This document shows positions 34,727 through 43,911 of a stretch of DNA of 64,000 nt, in pieces; position 1 is the first letter of the stretch; the number at the start of each line of letters is the position of its first letter. Under the pieces are notes generated by a model. That model searched no databases, was not told the origin of the DNA, and worked only from the letters and a program-made list of their open reading frames with translations. A program made the position numbers and the translations under genes. This DNA is from Acidobacteriota bacterium (GTDB lineage Bacteria > Acidobacteriota > Vicinamibacteria > Vicinamibacterales > UBA2999). The stretch covers positions 11,444 to 75,443 of the forward strand of contig JACPTI010000091.1 of NCBI GenBank assembly GCA_016192845.1, read 5' to 3'.

Positions 34727-34789
34727 ACAGAAGGTCAATCTGCGCGTTGAGATCCCGCCACAAATGTCGGTTTTCCGCGCGTTCCGCCG

Positions 34790-35253
34790 TTTTCGTGCGT
34801 TGTCAGCCGCGCGGCGTTGCGCCATAATCGAAAGCCGATCCTCTCGATCTTCCTCGGCGACATGCTCAGCGACATCTTCGGGCAGATCGAGAAGGGCGCC
34901 GCCAAGTCGACCAAGCACGGCGGGACGCTCGATATCGGCGTGAGCGTGCTGCCTATCAGAAGGACATCGCGCAGAGCGTGGCAGCCGTCCGATCGGCGGG
35001 CGGATCGACCGTCCAGGGGAAGAAGCTGCTGGCGACCTACACCAGCCTCGTCGACGGCTTCAAGGCGCAGACCGATTCGCTCGAGCGCCTCGACCACAGC
35101 TCCGCGTCGGCGGAGAAGCATGCGAAGTACATGCGCGACAAGGTCATTCCCGCGATGACCCGGCTGCGGGAGCTGGGCGACCGCATCGAGATGCTGACGC
35201 CGCATGAGATGTGGCCGCTGCCCACGTATCGCGAGATGCTCTTTGTCAAATAA
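34790..35253 (+). pseudogene. Relic of type III glutamine synthetase (glnN): two non-contiguous pieces, no N-terminus
   Basis: Piece 1 is ..[22 protein letters not shown]...LDIGVSVLP (frame of ORF 34817). Piece 2 is ..[11 protein letters not shown]...[37 protein letters not shown] (ORF 34978..35253), which looks like a GS-III C-terminus. The junction is near 34945-34955, with a frame change. Confidence 0.55.
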
Positions 35254-35603
35254 CCCCCAGCCCCGAGCCCCGGCTGAGACAGCCGGCGCCCGGGGCGCCC
35301 CTCCTGGTACCCATCCTGCAAGCCGAACTGTTCGGCCTTGGCTGTCATGCGACTGGCGTAGGGTAGCGGTCCCGGATCTACGGCCGTCCGTTTGCATCGA
35401 TCCAATTTTTCGTGCGGTATTTTTCGCGACACAGCGGTGATTCTCCGCCGACGCAGGCCAGCCTCAGGGTCAGGTCGCGCTCGACCGCCGTGTCGATGCG
35501 CGAGGCGGCTTCAGGAGCGGGCGGGATGCGGCGGCGACGGGGGCGGTAACGAGTTACGGATCTTGAACCAGGCACCGAGGGCCGAAAGCGAGACAGTGCT
35601 GCA

Positions 35604-38471
35604 GTGAACGCAATGGGAATTCTCGAGAAGCTTCGCCCCCAACCCCGATGGAAGCACGCCGATCCGGCCGTACGCGTGGCGGCGGTCTACGACGTCGGCC
35701 CCGAGGACGCCGACGCGCTGCACGCACTCGCGCGCGAGGATGCGGAGCCGCGGGTCCGGCGCGCGGCGATCAGCCGGATCGATGAGTTGCCGATGCTCGC
35801 CGAGGTGGCGCGGACGGATCCGGACGAGGAGGTGCGGGCAGAAGCGGTGCGCGGTCTGGCCGGCATCGGCGCGGAGGCGGACGATCCGGCGCAGGCGCTC
35901 GAGGCGGTGCGACAGTTGCTGGCGCTCGGCCGGACGAAGGAGATTGTGCTGGTTGCGCGCGATACGTCGAGCGCCGACGTCCGTACGGCCGTCATCGACC
36001 TGCTCGAGGATCAGAAGACGCTCGCCGCGATCGGCCGTCATGCCCGGGACGGCGCCACGCGACTGCGGGCGCTGGCACGCCTTACCGACGCCGGCGAGAT
36101 TCTCACGGTCGCGCTCAAGGCGGAGCACACCGATGCGGCCGTGGCGGCGCTCGAGCGGATTACCACGTCCGAGGCGCTGACGGAGGTCTCGCTGCGCGCA
36201 CGCAACAAAGTGGCGGCGCGGCGCGCCCGCGCGCGCCTGCGCCTGCAGACGGAAGAGGTGCCGCCCGCCGCCGACACCGGCGCGCGTATGAGCGCCGAGG
36301 AGCGCCAGCGGGCCTTCGAGCTGCTGCACCGCGCGGAAGGACTGGTGGCCGAGGCGGATCCGGACGAGGCAGGAGACGCGCTGGCCGCCGTGCGGCTGTC
36401 GTGGGCGGAGCTGCAGGCCGACGTCGACCTCGATCCGGCGCTGGTGCAGCAGTTCGAGGCCGCCAGCGAAGCGGTGCGCGAGGCGATCGAGCAGCGGCGC
36501 GCGGAGCGCGCGGCCGAGGAGGAGCGGGCCCGCGCGCTGGCGCGCGAGCAGGCCGACCGCGTCGCGATCTGCGAGGAAATCGAGTCGCTGTCGGGGGCCG
36601 GTGCCGCCGATCGCATCGCGGAGCTGAAGGTCCGATGGGACAGCCTGCCGCCGATGCCCTCGGAGTACGCGGCATGGTTGACGCGCCGCTTCCAGGACGC
36701 CTGCCGCGCGTTCGAGGGTCGCGAACGCCGCCGGATGCTGGCCGAAGCCGCCGCGGCGCGGCTGGAGGCGCTTGCAACCGAGCTGGAACAACTCGCGGCG
36801 TCCGTGCAGCCGGCAGACGAGGTCATCGCGCGGTGGCGGGCGCTGCGCCGCGATACGGATGTGCTGCGCGAGCACGCGAACGCCAATCCGGCGGCCGCGG
36901 CACGGCTCGAGCAGGCGGTCGCGTGGCTGGAGGCCCGGGAGCAGCAGCAGGTGGAGGCGCGCGCCCGTCAGGAGCAGGAGAACCTCCGGCGGCTCCAGCA
37001 GCTCTGCCGGCACGTCGAGGCGCTGGCGGCGGCGGAGCAGATCACGCTCAAGGCCGGCAGCCGCGCGCTGCGCGAGATCCGGACGGCGCTCGAGACGCGG
37101 ACGCCGCTGCCGACGAAGAAGGACTGGCAGGAGATGCAGGCGCGCCTCGAGGCCGCGCGCGCCGCCCTCGCGCCGCGCGTCACCGAGCTGCGCGAGGGCG
37201 ACGAGTGGCAGCGGTGGGCGAACCTGCAGGTGCAGGAAGAGCTGTGCCGCGAGATGGAGGCGCTCAAGGCCGAAACGGACCTCGAGGTCGCCGGCCGGCG
37301 GATGCGCGAGCTGCAGGCGCGCTGGAAGCCGGTGGCGCTGGCGCCGCGCGCCCAGGGGGAGGCGATGTGGCGGCGCTTCAAGGCGGCGCAGGACGAGGTG
37401 TTCCAGCGCGTCGCGCCGTACTTTGCCGCGCAGGCGGAGGAGCGCGCCGCCAACCTCGCCAGAAAGCGCGCGCTCTGCGAGCACGCCGAGGCGCTGGCCG
37501 ACTCGACCGACTGGGTGAAGACGGCCATTGAGATTCAGGCGCTCCAGGCCGAATGGAAGACGATCGGCCCGGTCACGCGCGGCCAGGAGAAGGCAACGTG
37601 GGAGCGGTTCCGCACCGCCTGCGACCGCTTCTTCACGCGCCGGCAGCAGGATCTGAAGCAGCGCAAGGAGATCTGGGCCGCGAACCTCGCCCGCAAAGCG
37701 GAGCTCTGCGCGAAGGCGGAGGCGCTCGCCGATTCGACCGACTGGGAGGCCGCCGCTGCGCAGATCCGGCAGGCGCAGGCGGAGTGGAAGACGATCGGCC
37801 CGGTCCGGCGATCGAAGTCCGAGGCGATCTGGAAGCGGTTCCGGGACGCGTGCGATCGGTTCTTCGAGCGGTACAAGCATCGCGACCGGATCGAGCTCGC
37901 GGTGAAGGCGGCGCCGCGCGAGTCGATCGTGCACGAGCTCGAGCAGTTGCTGCCGCCGGCGGGTGCGGACCGAGGGCCCGCCCCGGACGGTGTCTATACG
38001 CTCGTGCAGCAGGCGCGCCAGCGGTGGCAGCAGGCGCCGGAGCTGCCGCGCCACATGCAGCAGGATCTCGCCGCCCGATACCATCAGGCGCTCGGCCGGA
38101 TTGTCGCGACCTGGCCCTCCGCGTTCAGCGGCACCGATCTCGATCCGGAGGCCACCCGCAAGCGGATGGAGAAGCTGGTCGCGAAGGTTGAAGACGTGGC
38201 GCCTGCGCCAGGACAGTCGGTAGCCAGGCTGTCACCTGCCGAGCTGCTGGCGCGCCAGTGGCGCGAGCGACTGGCCGCCAACACCATCGGCGGCGGGTGT
38301 CATACGGACACGGAGGAGTCGCGCTGGCGGGCCGCGGAGCAGACCGTCCGTGAGGCGCAGGCGCAGTGGATGCGCCTGGGGCCTGTGCCGCCGGAGGTCG
38401 CGGGCCCGCTCCACGAGCGCTTCCAGCGCGCGTGCCGCCGGTTCTACGAGCAGCGGAAGCGCGCATCGTAG
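35604..38471 (+). CDS. Large HEAT-repeat + DUF349-repeat protein
   Basis: The N-terminus has PRVRRAAISRI / DPDEEVRAEAVRGL HEAT-like repeats. There are at least 4 DUF349 units (EWKTIGPV..E..W.RFR.ACDRFF). The start is GTG 35604 or ATG 35613. Confidence 0.8.
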   Translation: MNAMGILEKLRPQPRWKHADPAVRVAAVYDVGPEDADALHALAREDAEPRVRRAAISRIDELPMLAEVARTDPDEEVRAEAVRGLAGIGAEADDPAQALEAVRQLLALGRTKEIVLVARDTSSADVRTAVIDLLEDQKTLAAIGRHARDGATRLRALARLTDAGEILTVALKAEHTDAAVAALERITTSEALTEVSLRARNKVAARRARARLRLQTEEVPPAADTGARMSAEERQRAFELLHRAEGLVAEADPDEAGDALAAVRLSWAELQADVDLDPALVQQFEAASEAVREAIEQRRAERAAEEERARALAREQADRVAICEEIESLSGAGAADRIAELKVRWDSLPPMPSEYAAWLTRRFQDACRAFEGRERRRMLAEAAAARLEALATELEQLAASVQPADEVIARWRALRRDTDVLREHANANPAAAARLEQAVAWLEAREQQQVEARARQEQENLRRLQQLCRHVEALAAAEQITLKAGSRALREIRTALETRTPLPTKKDWQEMQARLEAARAALAPRVTELREGDEWQRWANLQVQEELCREMEALKAETDLEVAGRRMRELQARWKPVALAPRAQGEAMWRRFKAAQDEVFQRVAPYFAAQAEERAANLARKRALCEHAEALADSTDWVKTAIEIQALQAEWKTIGPVTRGQEKATWERFRTACDRFFTRRQQDLKQRKEIWAANLARKAELCAKAEALADSTDWEAAAAQIRQAQAEWKTIGPVRRSKSEAIWKRFRDACDRFFERYKHRDRIELAVKAAPRESIVHELEQLLPPAGADRGPAPDGVYTLVQQARQRWQQAPELPRHMQQDLAARYHQALGRIVATWPSAFSGTDLDPEATRKRMEKLVAKVEDVAPAPGQSVARLSPAELLARQWRERLAANTIGGGCHTDTEESRWRAAEQTVREAQAQWMRLGPVPPEVAGPLHERFQRACRRFYEQRKRAS

Positions 38472-38475
38472 AGGG

Positions 38476-40341
38476 TCACCACGCCCAGGCGTACGCCTCG
38501 ACCCTTGGATCCGCGCCCGCGCTCAGCACGCCCGACTGCGGGTCGACGACAATCGCCGCGTTCGAGCCCTGGCTCCACGCGCCCGTCACCCGGAGCTTGT
38601 GGCCCTTCGCCATGAGGGCCTGGCGGACGGCCTCCGGAACACGCGCCTCGACCGCCAGATCGCCCGGGTACATCGTCTGCGGGAACGGCGAGGCCGGGAA
38701 GCTGCGCGTCGACCACCGGGGCGCTTCGATCGCCTCCTGGACGTTCATGCCGAAGTCGATCACATTGAGCAGCGTCTGCATCGTGCGCATCACCTGGTCG
38801 TCGCCGCCGGGGCTGCCGGTGATCATGAACGGCTGCCCGCTCTTCATCACCAGCGTGCTCTGCAGCGTACTGCGCGGCCGCTTACCCGGCAGCAGCGACA
38901 TCGCCTCGCCCGGCACCAGCTTGTAGTAGTCGCCGCGGCAGTTGAAGATGACGCCCGTCGTGCCCATCACGACGCCCGTGCCGAAGTTGCTGTGCAGGCT
39001 CGGCTCGAAGCTGATCATGTTGCGGTCCTTGTCGACCACGGCGATGTAGCTCGTGTCCCCCTCGTGATCGGCGTCTCCGTCAAAATTGATTGCCAACGGC
39101 CGGCCGACCTGCTCCGCCGCCCGCACGAATGTCTCCGGAGTGCCCGGCCGGAGCTCCAACGACGCGCGGTTCGGATCGACGAGCTTCCGCCGCTCGCGCC
39201 CGTACTCCTTCGACAGCAGCCCCTCGTACGGGATCTTCAAGAAGTCCATGTCGCCGAGATACTTCTCGCGGTCGGCGAACGCGAGCTTCAACGCCTCGGC
39301 GCTCGTGTGAATGTACGCGGCTGTGTTGTGGCCGAGCGCCTTGAGGTCGTACGTCTCGAGAATATTCAGCGTGAAGAGCTCGGCCGGACCCTGACTCGCC
39401 GACGGGTTCTTGTAGACCTCGTACCCCCGATAGTTGAATGAGACGGGAGTCTCCACTGTGGCGGTGTAGCCGGCGAAATCCTCGTAGCGGAAAAGCCCGC
39501 CGTTTGCCTCGGAGAACTTCGCGAGCTCCTCGGCGATGTCCCCTTTGTAGAAGCGGTCGCGCGCGGCCTTGAGCGCCGCGCGCCGCCCCTTGGCAGCGTT
39601 CTGCTTCTCGGCCTCGACGAGCTTCCTCAGGGTGCGCGCAAGGTCCGTCTGTTTGAAGATGTCGCCGGCCTTCGGCGCTTTTCCATTCGGCACATAAATC
39701 CGGGCGGTCGTCAGGTACTTCAGGATCTTGCGCGATCCGGCGATCCCGCGCGCCAGCCGCTCGCTCAGCGGAAAGCCGTTCTCCGCCAGCTCGATCGCCG
39801 ATTGCAGCACCTGCTCGAAGCTCATCGTGCCCCAGCGGTCCAGCAGGATGTACCAGGCATCGACGACCCCGGGGATCCCGCCGGCGAGCAGGCCGTCGCT
39901 CTGGGGCAGCCGGCCGCCGTTGTGCTTCTGATACCACTCGATCGTGGCGAGCTTCGGCGCCGGCGGCTCGGCGTTGATTGAGAAGACCCTCTTCGCCTTC
40001 GCGTCGTAGACGAGGACGACGGCGTCGGCGCCGAGGCCGTTCGAGGCGAAGTCGGTGACGGCGAGGGCGGCCTGCCCGGCGACCACGGCGTCGAAGCCGT
40101 TGCCGCCTGCATCAAGAATCCGGCGTGCCGCTTCGGTGGCCTCGGCCTTCATCGACGCCACGGCGGCCTGCCGGCCGCGGATGACCGGGCGCATTGTGGG
40201 TGATCGTTCCTGATCCTCGTCGCCCTGCGCGCGGGCCTGCGGCTGCGCCTGCTGGCGGACTGCGGCGGTCGTCGCAGCGAGCAGGCTACTCAGGACTGCC
40301 ACAAGACCGATCACCGAAAGGAGCTTGAGCGCGGTCCGCAT
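38476..40341 (-). CDS. ggt: Gamma-glutamyltranspeptidase
   Basis: The ATG at 40341 follows GGAAGGAGG. Signal peptide MRTALKLLSVIGLVAVLSS. Autoprocessing/catalytic Thr context GDTSYIAVVD. Confidence 0.9.
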   Translation of the reverse strand: MRTALKLLSVIGLVAVLSSLLAATTAAVRQQAQPQARAQGDEDQERSPTMRPVIRGRQAAVASMKAEATEAARRILDAGGNGFDAVVAGQAALAVTDFASNGLGADAVVLVYDAKAKRVFSINAEPPAPKLATIEWYQKHNGGRLPQSDGLLAGGIPGVVDAWYILLDRWGTMSFEQVLQSAIELAENGFPLSERLARGIAGSRKILKYLTTARIYVPNGKAPKAGDIFKQTDLARTLRKLVEAEKQNAAKGRRAALKAARDRFYKGDIAEELAKFSEANGGLFRYEDFAGYTATVETPVSFNYRGYEVYKNPSASQGPAELFTLNILETYDLKALGHNTAAYIHTSAEALKLAFADREKYLGDMDFLKIPYEGLLSKEYGRERRKLVDPNRASLELRPGTPETFVRAAEQVGRPLAINFDGDADHEGDTSYIAVVDKDRNMISFEPSLHSNFGTGVVMGTTGVIFNCRGDYYKLVPGEAMSLLPGKRPRSTLQSTLVMKSGQPFMITGSPGGDDQVMRTMQTLLNVIDFGMNVQEAIEAPRWSTRSFPASPFPQTMYPGDLAVEARVPEAVRQALMAKGHKLRVTGAWSQGSNAAIVVDPQSGVLSAGADPRVEAYAWAW

Positions 40342-40556
40342 GAGGGACCTCCTTCCTCGGAAAAACAGGCCAGCCCCAACGACGCGGCCTTCCGGCCATG
40401 ACACGTTCGCTGAAGCATATCCGAATCGTTCGGACCGTTCGAGTGGTCCCGCCTTCGCTCGCCTTGCATGTCCATGGCGGGCGTCCTCGAGGCCATTGGG
40501 ATCGCTCCCCGTGCGGACCGGCGATATAATCGGCCCGTATTTCCGCTTCCACATCC

Positions 40557-43232
40557 ATGGCGCTGGCGGCCGGAAGTCGCATCGGGCCGTACGAAATCCA
40601 GGCGGTGCTCGGCGCCGGCGGCATGGGCGAAGTCTACCGCGCACGCGATACGAAGCTCGATCGCGACGTGGCGATCAAGATTCTGCCCGAGGCGTTTGCC
40701 CGCGATCCGGACCGCGTGGCGCGATTCGAGCGGGAGGCGAAAACCCTCGCTTCCCTCAATCATCCGAACATCGGCGCCATCTACGGCCTCGAAGAAGGGT
40801 CAGGAGTCGTGGCGTCCGGCTTTAGCCGGACCGATGTGGTCCGCGCGATTGTCATGGAGCTGGTCGAGGGCCTGACGCTGGCCGAACGCATCGCGCAAGG
40901 CCCGATTCCGGTAGAGGAGGTCTTGCCGATCGCGCGGCAGATCGCCGACGCGCTCGAAGCCGCCCACGAACACGGGGTCGTTCATCGCGATCTGAAACCC
41001 GGAAACATCAAGGTCACGGTTGATGGCAAGGTAAAGGTCCTCGACTTCGGGCTCGCCAAGCTCGTTGGTCCGGCTGAAGCCGGACACTACGCTCCATCAG
41101 GGGGCCTCACGGCATCGCCGACGCTGAGCGTGCAGGCGACGGTCGCGGGTGTGATTCTCGGGACGGCCGCCTACATGAGCCCGGAGCAGGCGCGCGGCAA
41201 GCCGGTCGACCGGCGCGCGGACATCTGGGCGTTTGGCTGCGTGCTCTACGAAATGCTCACGGGGAAGCAGGCGTTTGCGGCCGGCGAGACGGTGTCGGAT
41301 GCGATTGCAGCAATTTTGAAAAACGAGCCGGACTGGAGCGCGCTGCCGGCGGAGACGCCTGCGGCGGTCAGAATGCTGCTGCGTCGTTGCCTGCAGAAGG
41401 ATCCACAGAAACGCCTGCCACACATCGGGGCCGCGCGGATCGAGCTCGAAGAGGGAGAGCACGCACCTGCCGAAGCGACCAGGGCAGCGGACGGACGCGC
41501 CTCCGCGCGACGGCGGGAGCGGCTGATGTGGGCGGCGGCGCTGGTCGGTGTCGTCGTGATCGCCGCGGTTGCGATCGCGTGGGCACTTCGCCCCGCGCCT
41601 TCGCCGCCCGAGATGCGTGTCGAGATCAACACGCCGCCGACGAACGATCTCGTTTCCCATGCCATCTCACCGGATGGCCAACGGCTCGTTTTTGTCGCGC
41701 CGGACGCAGGCCAACCAAAGCTCTGGCTGCGGTCGCTGGACAGCACAACCGTGCAGCCGCTTCCCGGCACCGAGGCGGCGCTATACCCGTTCTGGTCGCC
41801 AGACAGCCGCTCAGTAGCCTTTTTCGCTGGCGGTGCGTTGAAACGGTTGGAGCCTGGGGGCGGGCCACCACAAACGCTTGCGGCTGCGCCGGCGGCGCGA
41901 GGTGGCACGTGGGGTGAGGGTGGAGCGATTTTATTCGCCGCCACCAGTGGAGGTCCGCTCCTGCGGACGTCGGCCACTGGAGGTGAGGTGGTTCCCGTGA
42001 CGACGCTCGCGGACGGGCAAGTGGCCCATCGATTTCCGCAGTTCCTCCCTGGGGGGCGTCGCTTCCTTTTCTACGCGACGGGTACTGAAAACGTGGCCGG
42101 TATCCATCTCGGCTCGATTGACCGAGCGGAGATGACCCGTGTTACTCCGGCAGACAGCGCCGGTCGCTACCTGCACCCCGGCTGGCTCGTATTCAGCCGC
42201 CAGGGGACCCTCCTCGCGCGGAGGTTCGATCCGACCCGAGGTGAGCTGGTCGGCGATCCGAGACACGTAGCGGACGCGGTCGTACAAGATGTCGTGCAGG
42301 CAATCGGGGCGTTTTCGGTATCAACAACAGGGACTCTGACGTATCGCATCGGTGGTACGGCGGGAAGGCAGCTCACGTGGTTCGACCGATCAGGCAAGAT
42401 CGTTGGCACGTTGGGGCCGGCCGACAACACCCTTGACGAAGCCGCTCTCAGTCCGGATGGCCGGCGGGTCGCAGTTCGCCGCACGGTTCAAGACAATTCG
42501 GACATCTGGCTGATCGACAGCGTACGCACGACCCGCTTTACCTTTGATCGGAACGTCGAACTCTATCCACTATGGTCGCCCGATGGCAGCCGTCTGGTCT
42601 TTACTCGAATGCCGAGCCTTTACGTGAAATCATCAAGCGGTGCGGGGACCGACGAACTCCTCTTGAAGGTGCCCCTTACCAGCGCGGCGCAGGATTGGTC
42701 ATCGGATGGCCGGTTCGTACTCTATAACTACGTTGATCCGAAGACGGGTGGCGATCTGTCCGTGCTGCCAATGGATGGAGACCGCAAGCCGTTTGTCTTT
42801 GTCAATTCCACATTCCATGAACGTCTGGGCCAGTTCTCTCCGGACGGGCGCTGGGTCGCGTATCAGTCGGACGAGTCGGGACGCTACGAAATCTACGTTC
42901 GGCCATTTCCAGGACCGGGTGGGCAGTGGCAGGTGTCGACGAGCGGCGGGGTGACGCCGCGCTGGCGCGCCGACGGCCGGGAGCTGTTCTACATCGCCCC
43001 GGACGGCACGCTGACGGCCGCTCCCATCATCGTGAACGGTGCGGCGGTCGAACCGGGAGCACCGGTCGCTCTGTTTCGCCCACGCATCGTCTGGGGAGGA
43101 ACCAACCCCATCGGCGTCCGCTGGCAGTACGATGTCGCGCCGGACGGCCGCTTCCTGATCAACGTCGTGACCGAAGAAGCGAGTGCTTCTCCGATTACGC
43201 TCATCCTGAACTGGAATCCCGAGCGGCAATAG
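40557..43232 (+). CDS. Ser/Thr protein kinase fused to TM segment and TolB-like (PD40/WD40-like) beta-propeller
   Basis: GAGGMGEVYRARD, VAIKIL, HRDLKPGNI, DFGLAK, YMSPEQ. The C-terminal repeats have ..P.WSPDG..(L/V)(V/A)F.. motifs. Confidence 0.85.
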   Translation: MALAAGSRIGPYEIQAVLGAGGMGEVYRARDTKLDRDVAIKILPEAFARDPDRVARFEREAKTLASLNHPNIGAIYGLEEGSGVVASGFSRTDVVRAIVMELVEGLTLAERIAQGPIPVEEVLPIARQIADALEAAHEHGVVHRDLKPGNIKVTVDGKVKVLDFGLAKLVGPAEAGHYAPSGGLTASPTLSVQATVAGVILGTAAYMSPEQARGKPVDRRADIWAFGCVLYEMLTGKQAFAAGETVSDAIAAILKNEPDWSALPAETPAAVRMLLRRCLQKDPQKRLPHIGAARIELEEGEHAPAEATRAADGRASARRRERLMWAAALVGVVVIAAVAIAWALRPAPSPPEMRVEINTPPTNDLVSHAISPDGQRLVFVAPDAGQPKLWLRSLDSTTVQPLPGTEAALYPFWSPDSRSVAFFAGGALKRLEPGGGPPQTLAAAPAARGGTWGEGGAILFAATSGGPLLRTSATGGEVVPVTTLADGQVAHRFPQFLPGGRRFLFYATGTENVAGIHLGSIDRAEMTRVTPADSAGRYLHPGWLVFSRQGTLLARRFDPTRGELVGDPRHVADAVVQDVVQAIGAFSVSTTGTLTYRIGGTAGRQLTWFDRSGKIVGTLGPADNTLDEAALSPDGRRVAVRRTVQDNSDIWLIDSVRTTRFTFDRNVELYPLWSPDGSRLVFTRMPSLYVKSSSGAGTDELLLKVPLTSAAQDWSSDGRFVLYNYVDPKTGGDLSVLPMDGDRKPFVFVNSTFHERLGQFSPDGRWVAYQSDESGRYEIYVRPFPGPGGQWQVSTSGGVTPRWRADGRELFYIAPDGTLTAAPIIVNGAAVEPGAPVALFRPRIVWGGTNPIGVRWQYDVAPDGRFLINVVTEEASASPITLILNWNPERQ
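40809..40831. repeat. REP-like palindrome in-frame inside the kinase N-lobe
   Basis: GTGGCGTCCGGCTTTAGCCGGAC, translated as VASGFSRT between ..YGLEEGSG and ..IVMELVEG. Confidence 0.85.
41068..41090. repeat. REP-like palindrome in-frame inside the kinase activation segment
   Basis: GTCCGGCTGAAGCCGGACACTAC, translated as GPAEAGHY directly after DFGLAKLV. Confidence 0.85.
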
Positions 43233-43271
43233 GCACGCGGCGAGTCCGGTCCGCGGAACGCACCCTCGGAA

Positions 43272-43706
43272 CTATTCGAATCCTTCGATATCGACGAGAT
43301 CTTTCGCGCGGCCGGTGGCGCGCTTGTTGGCGATAAAGTCCTTCCGGCCGATGAAGTCCACCTCGATCTCCCCAAACGGGCCGCGGATCCGGTTCGGCCA
43401 GGCGTCCGCAAAACGAGTCCCCGTCAGGTCGGTGAGGATGTCGACACGCCCCGGGGGGACTCCGATCTGATAGGTGATTCCCGGCTTCGAGAAATCGTCT
43501 TCCGCGATGTCCTGCATGGGGGCACCGAAAGCTCTCAGCGCGCGCATGACGCGCGGCGCGTTTTCGGGAGTGGCGTCAATCCAGACGCCGAGACCGCCGG
43601 TCGCGCGCGGTCGGCCGTGCAGCGCCAGTGCGTAGGCGCCAACGACAAGGAACCGGACGTCAGCAGCGACGAACGCGCGTAACAGATCGATGAAGTCCGG
43701 GTTCAT
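43272..43706 (-). CDS. Small nucleotidyltransferase-fold protein (DUF6036-like), with the expected DxD replaced by GxG
   Basis: MNPDFIDLLRAFVAADVRFLVVGAYALALHGRPRATGGLGVWID...NKRATGRAKDLVDIE. In my recollection the family reads ..YTKDIDIWI.. at the position that is ATGGLGVWI here. Confidence 0.65.
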   Translation of the reverse strand: MNPDFIDLLRAFVAADVRFLVVGAYALALHGRPRATGGLGVWIDATPENAPRVMRALRAFGAPMQDIAEDDFSKPGITYQIGVPPGRVDILTDLTGTRFADAWPNRIRGPFGEIEVDFIGRKDFIANKRATGRAKDLVDIEGFE

Positions 43707-43869
43707 ACGGCGGATCGCCGCGCAGCTGCCAGAGGTCCCGGCTGAGGCGCCACACCTGAAGGACTCGCTCCGCCGGGGACAGCTGGAGCCAATAGGCGAG
43801 GTCGTCTTTGTCGGCTTCTGCGTGCGATGTATATCGCCGGACGGTAATGCGGGAGCGTTCTGATGTCAT
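43660..43869 (-). CDS. Small partner protein upstream of the NTase-fold gene (antitoxin-like position)
   Basis: MTSERSRITVRRYTSHAEADKDDLAYWLQLSPAERVLQVWRLS... Its 3' end overlaps the downstream gene by 47 nt. The function is not established. Confidence 0.5.
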   Translation of the reverse strand: MTSERSRITVRRYTSHAEADKDDLAYWLQLSPAERVLQVWRLSRDLWQLRGDPPYEPGLHRSVTRVRRC

Positions 43870-43872
43870 GCC

Positions 43873-43908
43873 GCGAACGATCCGAACGACTCGAACGAGT
43901 CGAACGAG
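43873..43908. repeat. Direct tandem 9-mer array (NCGAACGAN x4)
   Basis: GCGAACGAT CCGAACGAC TCGAACGAG TCGAACGAG, between the speA stop (43912-43914) and the start at 43869. Confidence 0.9.
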
Positions 43909-43911
43909 CAA

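Noticed and set aside
35254-35603. The 350-nt gap before the DUF349 gene, examined as a housekeeping RNA (RNase P, SRP, tmRNA, 6S) or tRNA.
   Set aside because: I recognised no conserved cores such as GAGGAAAGTCCGGGC and no tRNA cloverleaf. There are only short GC hairpins (CCGGCT-gagac-AGCCGG, GCCGAAC-TG-TTCGGC), the second resembling a degenerate REP.
40496-40530. Sigma-70-like promoter (TTGGGA ... TATAAT) upstream of the Ser/Thr kinase gene.
   Set aside because: The perfect TATAAT at 40525-40530 is real, but the best -35-like hexamer is 23 nt away (17 +/- 1 is expected). There is not enough support to annotate it.
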